Positions 11,130-24,959 of a stretch of 64,000 nucleotides of DNA are shown one piece after another. The stretch is from the NCBI RefSeq assembly GCF_000143415.4, contig NW_003314357.1:393795-457794 (forward strand), read 5' to 3'. Source of the stretch: Selaginella moellendorffii (taxonomy: Eukaryota > Plantae > Lycopodiophyta). A model generated the notes under the pieces. The model was not told where the DNA came from and ran no database searches. It saw only the letters and a list, made by a program, of their open reading frames with translations. The position numbers were made by a program, and so were the translations under genes. Each line of letters starts with the position of its first letter. Position 1 is the stretch's first letter.

Positions 11130-11715
11130 GGAGCTTGGTCAGGAACTAGGATGCAGACAGTGTGGAGATTTTTATCGTAGAGAATGTGCCTTTTATACTG
11201 GTTTTGTCTACGGCCAATGCGGCAGCATGGTGGAAGCCCAGCAAGTGTTTGCCACTCTTGAGGGGAGGCGAGAGTCAGTAACTTGGAACGCACTGATAGC
11301 AGGATACCGCCATCCACGAAACACCACCAAGGTGTTTGAATCGTTCGGGAGGATGCAAGAGGAGTGGTGCAAGCTGGATGCTCCAACATTCCTCTCAGTT
11401 CTCACGGCTGCCGAACTGGTCGATCCAGGTAGGGAGCTCTTCGAGATGCTGAAGAAAACATGCGATTTAGCTCTTGGGATCGAGCACTGCACTTGCCTGG
11501 TGGATTTGCTGGGAGGGGAAAACCAAATCGAGGAGGCTGTAGGTGTTTTGAGGAGCATGCCGGTGGAAGCAAATGTGAGGATTTGGATGGTGGTGCTGGC
11601 GCCTGTGCGAAGTGGAAGAATATGGAGTTTGGAAGGGTGGTGTTTGAGCTTACGTTCTCATGGCCAATATCTATGCGGCAGCTGCAGGGAGGAGGGAGGA
11701 GCATGCCCAGCTTGA
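11130..11715 (+). pseudogene. PLS/E-class pentatricopeptide repeat (PPR) gene fragment
   Basis: GSMVEAQQVF...VTWNALIAGY, TFLSVLTA, IEHCTCLVDLLG...EEA...SMPVEANVRIW. Frameshift into ACAKWKNMEFGRVVFE. Confidence 0.85.
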
Positions 11716-12699
11716 GCAAGTTATCTCTTAGAACCAAATCTCGATGAGTAAAACTTCACAGAATGATGGGGATTACTTGAAAGTTTATCAAACCAGTGAG
11801 CCAGCCACTAGTCATTGTTGCCTGCATAAGAAGTGTAGAGAGAAGTAGCTTGAGTTGTGTTAACAATTTTTTGCTATGGAAACAACAAAAAAATCAAGAT
11901 TGAAAGTAGTGAAACCACATAGGTCCTTTAGCAGGCAGCAACAACAAGGTAGTAAAACCACAACTTCCTTTAGCAGGCAGCAACAACAAGAACACATCAA
12001 CAATCACTCTTCCATTACCACCACATTATCACACACAGGTACGGTGTAATAGGGTTTAAACTGTGTTTTAATGCACTGTCAAGCATAAGGAGCTTGGAGT
12101 AACAGTACAACATGCCTAACTGTGTTTATGGTTTCCCACTAGATTTTTCCCTCTGTTTTCAAACTTCACACCTCTGTCCTCTTTGTTTTTCTTTGTTATT
12201 TCACTTTTTTTTGCAGTTACCTCTCTTGGGCATTTGCTTCCTCTTTGGCTGCCATTTTCTATAGCTGCAGATCATGGGTTCTCTTCATGTTAAGGGGCTG
12301 CTCGATCCACCTATGGTTGCCTGCTGGAGCATAGAGATTCTTGGAATATTCTCTCTAGTGAATATTCCAAGTATGAGAGACATATGGGGTATATACTTTT
12401 CTTCCTATAAGTTTAGGGCATAATGAGGGCAAGGATGTATTAAGTTTCTTAGCTATAGAGGAGCTTCTTATCATGTTTGAGTGCGTTTAAGAGAAAAATG
12501 GTATGTAGAACACACACCACTAACAGATTTGATCTTTTAATTGGTAAGTTTGTCTTTTTAGGTTTGACTTCCCTTGTACTTGCTTTTCTAAAACCCCAAG
12601 GACTCATTCTTAAAAAAACTCCTTTTGAATTTCCCTATTCTATATATCCCTCTTGGTTTGGATCTCTTGCTAAATGTGGACCCAGACCAAGTTGTGCCC

Positions 12700-13400
12700 C
12701 TTTTTTGTAGGTTGTTATTAAAATACACCTTAATAGCTATATCTAATGCTTCTTTATAGTTTGTTAAGTTTTAGTGTATCACCTCACCCCAAGCCCAGGT
12801 CTACAAGCCTAAGATAAAGGCATGAAATGCATCTATGTTATAAATACATTCACATACTCTTGAATGGTTCTTGTTTGCTTTAGCTTACTCAACTCATCCC
12901 TTAAATATAGAGTAGCACTTGGGGGTATATAAGTTGCTTTAATCCTTGTTTTCATCATTTCCCAAGTAGCCATTAGACCTTTGTTAGCTTATATTGTTCT
13001 TCACCAAGACTTACATCATCTGCTAAGTATGGTTTTGCACATAAAACCTTTTCTAAGTTTAGTAACCATAATGCTTAGAAGTAATCCTCTATATCATAGA
13101 ACCAATCCTCCACTACCTTATAATCATTCACTACTTTGAAGACTAGTGGAAGCTTTGGTTTGTATTTGGAAATTGCTTGTAGGATAAACTCCACCTCTAA
13201 TTGCATAACATTTTTTGGTTCCACCTTAGTGCCCACCAAAGGGTCTATGCTTTTTATATTGTCTACATCCAACCTTTTGCCTTTCCTTTGTTTCTTGTTA
13301 AGCTTCAATTTGTAGACGAGGGTTTTTAGCAAAGTATTGGTCTATCCGCTTATCCTTCCAAAGTGTTCAACCATGCCTTGGACAACTAAACTTTACCATT
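12700..13400 (-). mobile_element. Decayed Ty3/gypsy gag relic
   Basis: KYKPKLPLVFKVVNDYKVVEDWFYDIEDYF resembles the gag at 26621-27112 (KFKPPKPPNFRGMRDYQVLEDWVYDKENYF). Confidence 0.6.
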
Positions 13401-16400
13401 AAATTAAAGTTTAAAAGTCTACTCATTATAAACTTCCTCATGCAAGGATTCTTCATCCATTATTTTTTGTTTGATCAGAGGTTCCATCTCTACCGGTAGT
13501 TGTATATTTGCCTTCATTCATTGATGCTCTACCTTTGCGATTTCCCAAAGATCTACATTTATCCTTCATTAGAATTGAGAAAGATATTTTAATACCAAAT
13601 TGTAAGTTACAAAATTTTCTTTTCCAATTTGCCACCTTAACTAAGTTTCCTTACCAAAGTTCTTGACTATTGTGGCAACTCCACCTTGGTCCTACTTAGG
13701 TTCAAGTACTTACTACACAAGTAATAGGGTGTTCACCAACTTTTCACAAATTCCTAAACTTTCTCCCAATCCTCCTTTCAAAGTTAAACTAAACTTAAGG
13801 TTTGACTACATTCTTTGTAAACATTGGCTCCCTAAAGTGCTCGAGGTGGCTAAAAAAAATTGCTTGAGATAGCTCTCTTCATCTTTTATTGTTTGAATTC
13901 TTTATTCTCTTTTTTCAATTTGACTAACTAAAATTATTTCTTACAGAAAAGGAAAATACTACAATCTAAAAAAGCTATCAAAGTTAAGAGGGCATGAGAA
14001 TTTAAATTTAATATTCATGAAGATTTTACAATTGTGTAAGGAACCAACCCATTGAAGTGTCGTAACCTAGAGGATCCCCTGAAATTATGATTAGAATGAT
14101 AAAGAGTTCATCAGATGAGATTGCGTTCAAGACCGAGTCCAAGGTCAAGTTTGAGAGTCAATATCACATTTGAGACTAAATCCAAAACCTAGTCCAAAAT
14201 CGAGTCCGAGTACTAATACAAGTTGTGGGGTGAAAGCCCAAAGTAATCATCCCCCAAGAGAGGGGTGGGGTGCAGAGGGTTCCAAAAGTATAGTAGAGAT
14301 AGTGAAGATAAATACCTAGTCTTGAAAGAACTCTTTGATAGTACTTTATAGATTGAGTTGGGGTTGGGAGTTAGTAGCCTTGGGTGGGATTGAGTTGGGG
14401 CTTGACGAATACCAAAAATACTCCTCAAGAAAGTGTTCAAGAGCAACCCTTTAGTTATGAAAGTGCTTGAGATGGTTGGCTTGAGTTTGACCTTGGGCTC
14501 TTTAGGGGCCTAGGAGGCTAGGGTTATTCCCGGGCTACCAAAGTGCCTGGGGTGGCCACAGAAAGACTCAATGTCGATGTAAAAAATCCCATAGTTGCTA
14601 GTGAAAATGCTTGAGGTGGTTGTTTAAAAGGAATATGTAGCACACATGGTTTTCACACCATAGATAACTACAAAGTGGAACCTAAACTCTTCATATGCCA
14701 CATGCCATATATCATATGTCAAAGGGCAGTGGAGCAAAACCCAAGTTTCAAAGCCTTTAGCCACTAAATGAAGGGATGGAACTAAACTTTTAAGCATAGA
14801 ACCAAGGAGCAAAAGAAGTGGAGCATAAAATGACTTATGAGTATACAGCTTAAGAAGTGAAAGGATAGGAGCATAGAGCAATTTTATCTCAATGCCAAGA
14901 TTAACATGCAAAACAAAGCCAAACGGAGTCTGACGCAATTTTAATATACCGGTAGCTTAATGCAAAGATAAAGGTACTCTACCATCTAGTATAGTATAGA
15001 GTTTGAGCTTAAATCCATACTAGATGCAAAACAAGGACAAATATGCAAGCAAAAGCTAAATTATATCTTAGGTTGGTTAGCTATCCTTAACCTACCTACT
15101 ATCTTTACTATACATTTAGAACCCCTACAACCTCACCCTAGAACATAGAGAGAGAAGCCAGGTTGAGCAAATAAATCAAACCTGCTAGTAAAGTTTAGAT
15201 AAATTATTATAAATAAATAGTTAAAATTGTTTACATGGTCATGCCCTTTTAATGAAATAAGGAACGTCGAAAGAACAGTGGGTTATATAACTAGTCTACT
15301 GTAGCTACCCCATGACTAAATATTTCACCATGCACATAAAGTGCCAAAGCCAATCTATCTATACTAGCCCAAATCCAAATATCAATAAATGGACAATATC
15401 AAAATCAGAGATAATGATACTTAGAAGACCACATTATTAGTGAATAAATTTTACATTACAACACAAAGGTATTTCAAAGTAGTTATCATTTGATAAACTA
15501 GTAGAAGAGGGACCACTAAGATTATTAAAGGTTAAAGTTATAGGATTATCCATCCAACAAAATTTATTAGCAAATTGATCAACAATAAAACTTAACTATC
15601 AAAGATTGAAAATAACATTCTAAACAATTCATGAAAGATAGCTCACAGAATATAAAGTATCATCGACTAGTAAACAAAATAGTCACAAATATATCTCTCA
15701 AAGTAAATAATATCCTAATCTAACAGAATTAAGTCAAGTAATAATCAACAGAATAGAATGAATATTGCAAAGCAATAAAACACTCATTCATGCTAATTAT
15801 TGCATCAGCCAATCCAAATAGATCCCAGCCAACAATATTAAGGAACTCAAGTTACTTAAGTAAATATTAGCAACATCCTATCGATATCTCAAACCCAAGA
15901 GATTAATCCAAAAAAAACCACAAATAACATGTAGTACTATGTGAAGCTAAAAAATATTAAAAAGAATAACTAAGTATTATAAAAAATCATCAATTATCCC
16001 ATCAATAGAGAAATACATACCCATTGTCAGATAAATAATCCACCACCCCAAAGAACAATAAATTGTTTAACATTAATAATAATCAAGCAAAACCTTTGAC
16101 AAGGATAATCAATTATCCTAAGTGACAATCAATACATGTAAACACTAACTTCAACATCGAAAGTAATGAGCGAAAATGCCTTCCCTAACAACTTCTAACA
16201 AATGGAATAATAAGTGTGAAATTGAAAGAAATAAAAGCTTAAAAAAGCCTATAATCAAGTCTTGTAATAGTTATCATAAGTTTTGCATGAACTAACTTCA
16301 AGAAGAGATTATGGTACAACCCACAATATCCTCCTCAACACATTTATATGCTAAACTTTATAATGCAAAAACTAATAAAATTCATATCTACATCAATCCA

Positions 16401-17065
16401 AAAGTTAGCACAATGAAGCTTTTCTCAATAAATAATCATGAACCAATCCACCATGAATCCATCTTCTATTGCAAGACATAACTTATATCATTAACAAGCA
16501 CAAAAAAAAAATCATCAATAATCAATATATCCATAACTCAACTTTAACAAAGAACCAACAATTTCAAAATTGATCACTAATTCTTCCTCGTAAAGTTAAT
16601 ACATTCCATAAATAAATCACTTTTCAAGGAAAATCTAAAATTCAACCCCTTACTAAATAATCTTGTTTAACATATAACTAACTCAAACTTGCCACTCAAC
16701 ACATTTAAATGCTAATAAAGTTGCTATTTAGCAAATGCATGAACATTAATAATACAAAGCTATAGCTAAATCATCAACACTATATACATTGAGACTAGTA
16801 AAACACAATGTCAATCTTATGGAGAGATATTTTATTTCACTTGAATCTCAACATTAATAATGTCAATAATAAGGCATCACTTCAATGCCATCAACAACAA
16901 AACAAAGCTAAAAGAAAGTAAGAGTGAATCACCACTCAAAACTCTTTATTCAAAACTAATCAAGGTCAAAAATACTTTAGTTAATATTTGAGACCAAGTT
17001 TTCAACAATACTCAATTACAAATATCACATTATCAAAAGGTCAATCACTATATCCATGACTTAAT

Positions 17066-18740
17066 TGTGAGACACAAATCCCTAAGCCCCAAAGTGGAGT
17101 TGAGAGGGTGCCATGTGGTAATGGCCAAAGCAAAAGCCAAATGAACATAACACTTTTGGATTAAAAATTTTGACTCAAAAAGTTGAGAGCAAGAGAGGAA
17201 CTCCCAATGAAGTGCTCGAAGAACAAGCACAAAGTAATTAATAAGTGAGCCTTAAGAAAAGGGACACAAGAGGATATGTGGAAGTGTTGAGATTGAGTCT
17301 AAAATGGACTTAACATAGAGTCCGAAATGGAGTCTAAGTTAGAGTCTAAGATGGACCCGAGTTGAAGTTCAAAATAGAGTCTAAGAAGGAGTCTAAAATG
17401 AACACAAGATAGAGTCTAAGATAGAGCCCAAGATGAAGTTCGAAATAGAGCCCGAAATGAAGTTTAAGAAGGAGTCTGAAAAGGAGTTTTAAATAGAGTT
17501 TGAGAAGGAATTTGAGATGGAGTTTGAGATGGAGCTCAAGGTCAAGTCTGAGATGGAAACCAAGACTAAGTCCAAGATCGAGGCCGAGACCAAGACTAAA
17601 ATTGAGACTAAGACTAAGACCTAGACCAAGACTGAGACCGAAACTGAGACTGAGACCAAGACCAAGATTGAGACCAAGATCGAGACCAAAACTAAAATTG
17701 AGAACAAGACTGAGACCAAGACCGACACTGACACTAACACCAAGATTGAGACTGAGTCTAAGTTTGAATCTGAGGGTGAAAGCCCAAAGCAATTATTTCC
17801 TAGACCCTAGGGGGTTTGGTAAGCTCTAAAAGGATAGTGGGGGGAGGGGAACCAATTTGGCTAGGAAAAATTAGTGTGACCAAAAAAGGCTATACCTATA
17901 TGGTGGGTGATGATATAATCATTAAAGAGTCCAAGGCTAAAATGAATACAGATAGGCAAGTGGGGTAATTTAGTGAAGTGTTTAAAAACTAACTCTAGCT
18001 CCCCCAAGAGATCAAATGGTTGATGCTTCCAATCCAAATATAGGGGGCACTACCTATTTGGATATGTGGCATAGCTCATTGGAACTTTACTCTAGCCATA
18101 TAGCTAGGACACCCAAAGCAGAAGGTGGGGAGAATATTCATGGGATTCATGTAGGGCTAGTGTTTTGAAATGTTGTCCCAAAGTCTCAGACTGTGGGAAA
18201 GAAGAGAAGCAATCCACGCATAGTGACCAATCCAATGCATAGTGACCAAAGGCATGGTCACATAGTGAGGAAGTTCTAGAAATCAATAAGACTTAATGGT
18301 TGAGCCTTCAAGCCTTGACTCAATGGCAATGTTGGTAACCACTATTGTGGACAGAGTAGGATTTGATGGGAATCGATGGAAGGATATTGGGGAAGGGTAT
18401 TCCCCATATTTCCGAGCATCCTAAGGGTGCTAATGTGTGGTTAGGGGATGACCACTCATGGATGGATAACCCAATCTTTAAGATAGGTTTATAATATGAG
18501 TGGTCTTGGATTACCAATAAGACAAAAGTGAATGGATATAGCCTTAGCGTAATAAATTGATATATCAATAGTACCTTTTAGTGTTTATAGTGGGATTAGA
18601 CATATGGAGCACTTAGGCCAAATGCAAAGATAAAGTGCTATAGATGTCATGTACGAGGTTAACAAGCCCTTAAGTTGGGAATAAAACTTAATGTAAATTG
18701 TGAATGAGACTCCTCAAAGTAGTCAAAGGTGTGGTTAAGA
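17066..18740 (+). mobile_element. Solo/partial LTR of the family carrying (GAGATGGAGTCY)n and (GAGACC)n microsatellites
   Basis: Begins TGTGAGAC like 34166 and is colinear with 28781-30102 and 34166-36430. Confidence 0.7.
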
Positions 18741-18749
18741 TGTCAACTA

Positions 18750-19010
18750 TATGAAGTAGCTTGAAGACAATATAGTAATGAAACTTGATGCAATACCTAA
18801 AGAATGGGTGGTTGTTAATAAAGTTGTGCTTACCTCAAATGAGATTGAAAACTTTAAAAATCTGATTTCAATCTTGAGAGAAGAGTTGGAGACATGAACA
18901 ATAGAATTAACACTATTCCTACAAAAATGCATAGGAGATTAGCAAGAAAAGGTAAAATAGTTAAATTTAATAGTACCATCTCTAAGTAAAAGCAATATGC
19001 AAGTTTTATT
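18750..19010 (+). pseudogene. Fragment of the MULE/SWIM transposase family seen at 44566 and 61169
   Basis: LEDNIVMKLDAIPKEWVVVNKVVLTSNEIENFKNLISILREELET matches LEDTIMTKPDAVPKEWPVANGVALTSDEIETLRNLVLILRGELET near 63620-63755. Confidence 0.8.
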
Positions 19011-19484
19011 CTGTCATGAATGAAGTTAATAACCTTACTAGTTTTGTAAATTCTCAATAAATAAAGTCAATAACCTTGTTAGTAATGTTATTAAGTCAGT
19101 GATTTGAATCTAGTGGGAGTATAAAGCAAACATCTAGTTAACACTCACTTAGTGCCAAGATTACTTAAAAATATTGATGTGTATTATTAGAATGTTTATC
19201 AACAACAACCTTTAGTGCAAGACAATAGAACTAAAAGAGTTATCTAGCTTCACAAGACTAAGAGCTATGACAACAATTCAAAAGTAGTCTTCCAATACTT
19301 ATGTAACCCTATTGCTCACAGAAAATTAATTATGAGAGAATACTTTAAATTCCACAAGAGATATTAACTAAAAATTTCATCATTAAATAGTCATCTGTAA
19401 GTCTTTTTCCTCTTTGGTTTTATTTGAATCTAAGAATATTTTATTTGATATAAATTTTCAAGTAATAAGTTTTAATTTACTAAT

Positions 19485-20394
19485 CTAAAAAGGTTTCCAA
19501 AAGACTCTTCCTTCCCAATAAATAATAACATTACCATAGTTTGTAATAACTAGTGTGGTTGTGATTCTGCATGGTTGTGGTTTGCAATAAATATTACTAG
19601 ACCAATAAATAATTTCTCTTTTATCATTATTTTCCTTAATCACAAAATTACCATCCTTTTGCAAATGTGCATAACAATTTTGAACAGGTGTGAAGTCATG
19701 TTCGCTTCTCCAAATGATAGTGTTATACCCAATTCTAGATAGCACTAGCTTGCAATCATTGCCTAAAGTTAATCTAAATTTCCTATTTCCTGAAGTAATA
19801 CTATTATTAATATCGATTGATGAGCCAATTATATCAGCCTTCTGACCAACAAGTAATGTTGAAAATGCCCAACAATTTTCATTATAGACATCCTTTATTT
19901 GCAAAGGAATTACCTGCTTTATTGAAAATGTAGATATGGGTTTTTCAATATAATTTATATGCATTAATAAATCATCAGGAAGTATTGCAGAGAAGGTATA
20001 GTCAATAATAAGATTTAGAAATACAACTCGAATTTCTGCACAGAAAGAGATGTCATAGGAATCTGATCTAGCATTTTCATAAATAGATGCTACTATACTT
20101 CGAAAAATTGTTCTGATTTCACGACCTTCGTAACCAAATGGACTCGTTGGATCAATTGTGCAAGTATGTGATACAAGACTTTCTGGTCCAATGATTCCAG
20201 GAGCTAAAATATATAGATTTACAGTCATCCTAATCATTGATCTTCTAAAACTAATGATTAAAGTTCGTACTGTTGTTGGATAAGTTTGGCCATCTTGAAA
20301 ATTTGAAGCAATATATGTTAGAATGCGTCTTAGAGTAGGCCTAAAAATATTAGCATTGACAACAAAGGGATTTCTAATGTAAATCACACTAGGT
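19485..20394 (-). CDS. Chimeric protein: unrecognised N-terminal domain + C-terminal bulb-type (GNA/B-type) lectin domain; 5' end lost in the gap
   Basis: About 300 stop-free codons. C-terminus SITSGNRKFRLTLGNDCKLVL...IIWRS...CYAHLQKDGNFVI...YWSSN...LVITNYGNVIIY...FW has the three B-lectin subdomain pattern. Confidence 0.75.
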
Positions 20395-20495
20395 NNNNNN
20401 NNNNNNNNNNNNNNNNNNNNNNNNNNNNNNNNNNNNNNNNNNNNNNNNNNNNNNNNNNNNNNNNNNNNNNNNNNNNNNNNNNNNNNNNNNNNNNN
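20395..20495. other. Assembly gap (101 N)
   Basis: Run of n. Confidence 1.
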
Positions 20496-21499
20496 AGAAG
20501 TATCATCTCCTGTTATTAAGAGATACCCCAAGTATAATTTGTTGCCTTTTTTGTGCTTAACTGTTGTAAATATCTTTCTGGACAATAAAACAAGGACTTG
20601 GCCGCTACTTAAGTTTGGAGGTTTGTAAATTCTAAACCTTTTTTTCAGTTACAGCAAGGTTTCAACAAGTTCTTTGTAGGTTATCATACTCCAAGGCTCA
20701 GCCCCGGGACCATCGTTTCTTGTGAAGGCAATGGCAACCCTGACATATCTCATGAGATCAAGCAGCAGGCAGTGCTGTGTCTAAAGAACAGGTCCTCTGT
20801 GCATTGAGTTTCTCTCAGAGTTGGAATGCTCATCCATGGCTTTCTCTTCTCCTCGTGCAGTAAAAGTCGTTTCTGATGTGTGTTCTTGGCTGGCAGGGGT
20901 AACAATTCATTGGCTCTGATTTATGAATCGTGGTAGACCAGGACATGAGAACCTCGCGTGCTGTTTGATAGATCGTTGACTCAGACCCCGGCTCTCCGGT
21001 GTTACGGAGAACCTTGTTCGGGCTCAAGTAAAGACGAGTGATGGTAACAGGAATCTACTTCTTGAAAAGGGGCAGCTCTGGAAGGAAAGATACCGTTCCT
21101 TGATCTTCTCAACATGCAAGTCGGACGGCTTCACTCACTGTTGATTTCACAAACACTTTCTTTGCAGTGACACTGGTGCAAAAGAGCACATTTGGCAAAG
21201 CTAGAAAGACAAGTACTACGGAAAAGTCACAGCTCTCATGTGTGATCAGATAGATGATGATCTAGCTGTGAATGCTCATCTGAAACAATGGCCGGTACTT
21301 GAACGATGTCTAGGTATGTAGCTTTTCGCTCTTTAATAACTGATGTTGCACCTTTGACATAGGTGCTCAATCTATGAGCACTCACCTGGAGCAAAAGCTC
21401 CCAACATCTCCTTTGTTCTTGTCCAAGACTTTGTCACCCTGTGCCAATCATAGCCTTAGCTCTATACTTTCATTTTTAAATATTCCCGAGTGTTTTCAG

Positions 21500-21993
21500 A
21501 TTCGGAAGAACAGGATGCTGTTTGCTGTGGGTGGCCACTCAAAAAACCCCAACTCTGTCGCAGGTTAATGTAATGCAGAGGAACTTTGAGATCCATCTCA
21601 CTTCAATGCTCTCTATTTCCAGTTCATGCTTTTTATATAGAGACTTTCACTTGATCATTTTTTCCAATGTATGGACAAGCTCCAGTATGTGTGACATACT
21701 GTATCACGAACATAAGATTGACCATTTGCTGTTTGTGGTGCTCAGATTGTGAGAAGGGGCCAGTCTGATCGAATCCAACCTAGTCATGTATGGTGGAGAA
21801 GATTATGATCTCAACATCTTTGATCTGGAAATAATGATATGGGAAACTGTTGATGCAATGTTGTTGTTTGGTCTGGCTTGTTTATATCTTTTTTTATATC
21901 CTTCACTTTCAAAGGACTACCTCCATCTCCTCATGCCAACCATGCTGCAACAGTCTATGCTGGTTACTACCTATACATATTTGGGGGTGGCTC
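21500..21993 (+). pseudogene. Kelch-repeat gene (ACBP4/5-like Kelch region), 5' part
   Basis: Exon peptides LFAVGGHSK, LVMYGGED..LNIFDLE.MIWETV and GLPPSPHANHAATVYAGYYLYIFGGGS, cut by an LTR at 21994. Confidence 0.75.
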
Positions 21994-23682
21994 TATTATG
22001 ATCCAGTGCAAAAAGATAAAGATCTAGTTGCTCTAGACTATGCTATGCCACATTTTGAGGTTCCTCACCACTCAACCACCCCCGAGCTAACTCAAAAACT
22101 CCACTGTCCCTTACCCTAACATGCCTTAATATACCCTTGAGCCTTCCTTTGACTGATGTTGACCACATGGTCAAAGTTGGTGCCTAACAATTTTTCCCCC
22201 TAAACAAAGTCCTTATCCTAAGGACGAGTTGTACTGGTGATCACTTTTTTTGGAGAACCTTGCTTAAGCTCCTAGTCCATCTTCCACAGTTGTATACATC
22301 AAGTAGGCATTTGGCCTATCACTCCAAGATAATACACCTTTCAACTAGTTGACATAAAATACCAGATGAATTTTCACCTTAACTGGCAGCTACACCCGAT
22401 AGGCTACTTTATCAATGCGCTCCAGCACTTTATGTGGACTAGCATATCGATGGGAAAGTTTATCACTCTTCCCTGTCCGTAAAAGCACCAAGGTGTTCTA
22501 CCACTCATTTAACGGAAAGATCACTCATATGAAGAGGAGATCACCCACCTTATATTCCCGGAATTAGTAATGCTCTTTAGCAAACTTCTCCACTCTATCT
22601 TAAGCTGCCTGCAAATTCTGTTTGCACATCACCAGAATCTCATCAAGTTCTATGGCCAAATCAATCACCTCAGAACATGGCAAAATAAGGACTTAGCTTG
22701 ATTCTATTGTGTTGGCTATTGTTGTAAGCAAATTGCACAAATGAAAGATATAGATTCTATTATCCTTGCCTTTAACTAACGCTACAACATTGCATATATT
22801 CCACCACCTAATTCATATGCTTGGTTTGCCCATTTGTTTAAGGATGATTTCTACTTGAGAGTTTTAAAGTCACTTGCATAGCCTTCTCAAAGCTCTTCTA
22901 AAATCCACTTGTGAACTTGAATCTTAATCACTAATAATGTCCTCTGGCAAACTAAAATCAGGAAAAACATTCTTCAAGTAAACCACACCTAAATCTGAGG
23001 TAGTGATAGTTTTCCGAAGAGCCAACAACCACACATACTTTATCAACCAATCCATTATAACCCATATTTGCTCCTTTTGCCTCTGTATTCATGGCAAACA
23101 AGTGATGAAGTCTATAGAGATACTACACTAACAGCTCTGAGGAATAGGGAAAGGTTCCAAAAGTCCCCTCAACTTCTCCCTTGACACCTTAACCCATTGA
23201 CAGAGCTTGCATGACTTACAATACTCGAGGATATCAACATTCATATTCCTCCAATAAAAATTACACTTAATCAATGCATATATCTTTGTCCCCCCAAAAT
23301 GACTGGGCTTTGGACGATCATGATAGTGGGATAAAACTTGAGTAATTAACACATCCACTCATAGAAAATATACACAGCCATTGTAATAAAGAATCCCATC
23401 CACCAATGAGAAAGGGGCTTCCATTTGGTCTCACAAAGAGGCCACCTCAGCATCCTGAGCCTAAGCATGCTAAACCAACTACCCAAACTCGTTGACCGCC
23501 TTATTGAAATGATGACAAAACTATGTTTGTAATGCTGTCACATGACGAACATGAGATAAAACATCCATCACCACATTTGATTTTCTCAGATGATGTTTAA
23601 TAGAAAACTCCCTAAATTCCATGAGTTTGACCATCCAACAAGCTTGCCTAGTGTTCAACTCCTTTTGTGTGAAAAAATACAA

Positions 23683-24930
23683 TTTTACATGACTTGATTT
23701 GCAGTCCAGGTATCATCAAATACGGGTGGTGGATCAGGATGTGGAGAAGACAGCCTTTAAGACTCGGTATGGATATTATGAGTTCCTTGTCATGTTGTTT
23801 GGGTTATGCAATGCTCTGGCAACGTTCAGCACTATGATGGATAGAATATTTGGAGATTATTTGGACACATTTGTTATCCTATAAATCGACGATGTTCTAG
23901 TGTTCAGCGAAACATTGGAGGATCATTTGAAACACTTGGAGTTGGTGTTTCAGAACTTGCGCGAACACAAACTGTACGCTAAGGAAAGTAAATGCACTTT
24001 TGGTCAATTGCACGTAAACTTTCTCGGACATATAGTTGGTGGTGGTGTGATTGAAGTCGATCCAAAGAAGGTGGAAGTGGTGAATTCCTGGGAAGTCCCG
24101 ACCACTGTATCAGATGTTTGTTCCTTTCTCGGTTTGGCAGGATACTATTGTAAGTTTGTTCACAATTTTACAAGAATTGCTCTTCTGTTGACTAAGTTGA
24201 TGAAGAGTAGTATTCCGTTTCATTGGACACCAGCTTGTCAACGTGCTTTTGTACAGCTGAAGGAGATCTTGACTACGGTTCCTATTCTCAAGATCCCAGA
24301 TCTTGATAAACCCTTCGAAGTGCATTGTGATGCATTTGGCTATGCTATTGGTGCCGTGTTGCAGCAAGATTGTGACAAAGTGGTTGGTGTTACGCTAAGG
24401 CAACATGGTTGTCCCATTGCATTCTATTCTAAAAAATTGGATGAAACTCAACGAAGATGGCCAATGCATGAGAAAGAGATATTTACTATAGTGTCGGCCT
24501 TGGAGGTAAAGACAATATTGTTCCGGATGCATTGAGTTATCAGGCTCAATTCTGGGCAATATCGGCAATCAGTTTGGACTGGTTGGAGGACGTTCAGGCT
24601 TCATATGGAAATGATCCATTGGTGAAGGCAATCTTATGCCGTATAGGGTTGTTGAAGCAGAACCCTGGTAGCAAAGCAGCGAAAGTTGCTAGTCACACTA
24701 ATGCAAAGTTTCACTTCTTAGTTCGGGATGGGCTTATATTCTATAAGCAAAAAAGATTGTATCTTCCCTCTAAGGATCTTCAGCAGTTATTTCTATGGGA
24801 ACATCATGATGTTCCAGCAGTGGGACATGGTGGACAGCAAAAGACTTTGGCTTCATTGAAAAAGGGATTTTTCTGGTCTGGTATAGAAGGTGATATAGTG
24901 GCTTATGTCCAATACATACCAATGCGCCTC
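23683..24930 (+). pseudogene. Gypsy RT-RNaseH-integrase segment, inverted relative to its gag/PR
   Basis: [25 protein letters not shown], decayed YIDD, FLGLAGYY, VHCDAFGYAIGAVLQQ, HHDVPAVGHGG. Confidence 0.85.
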
Positions 24931-24959
24931 AACACCTGATAGGGTCCAACATATCTCGT

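Noticed and set aside
17346-17829. Arg/Leu-rich ORFs (also 28851-29266 and 34263-34655)
   Set aside because: Translations of LTR microsatellites.
20496-20585. N-terminus of the 366-aa lectin ORF
   Set aside because: Joined across an N gap of uncertain true size, so frame continuity is unsupported.
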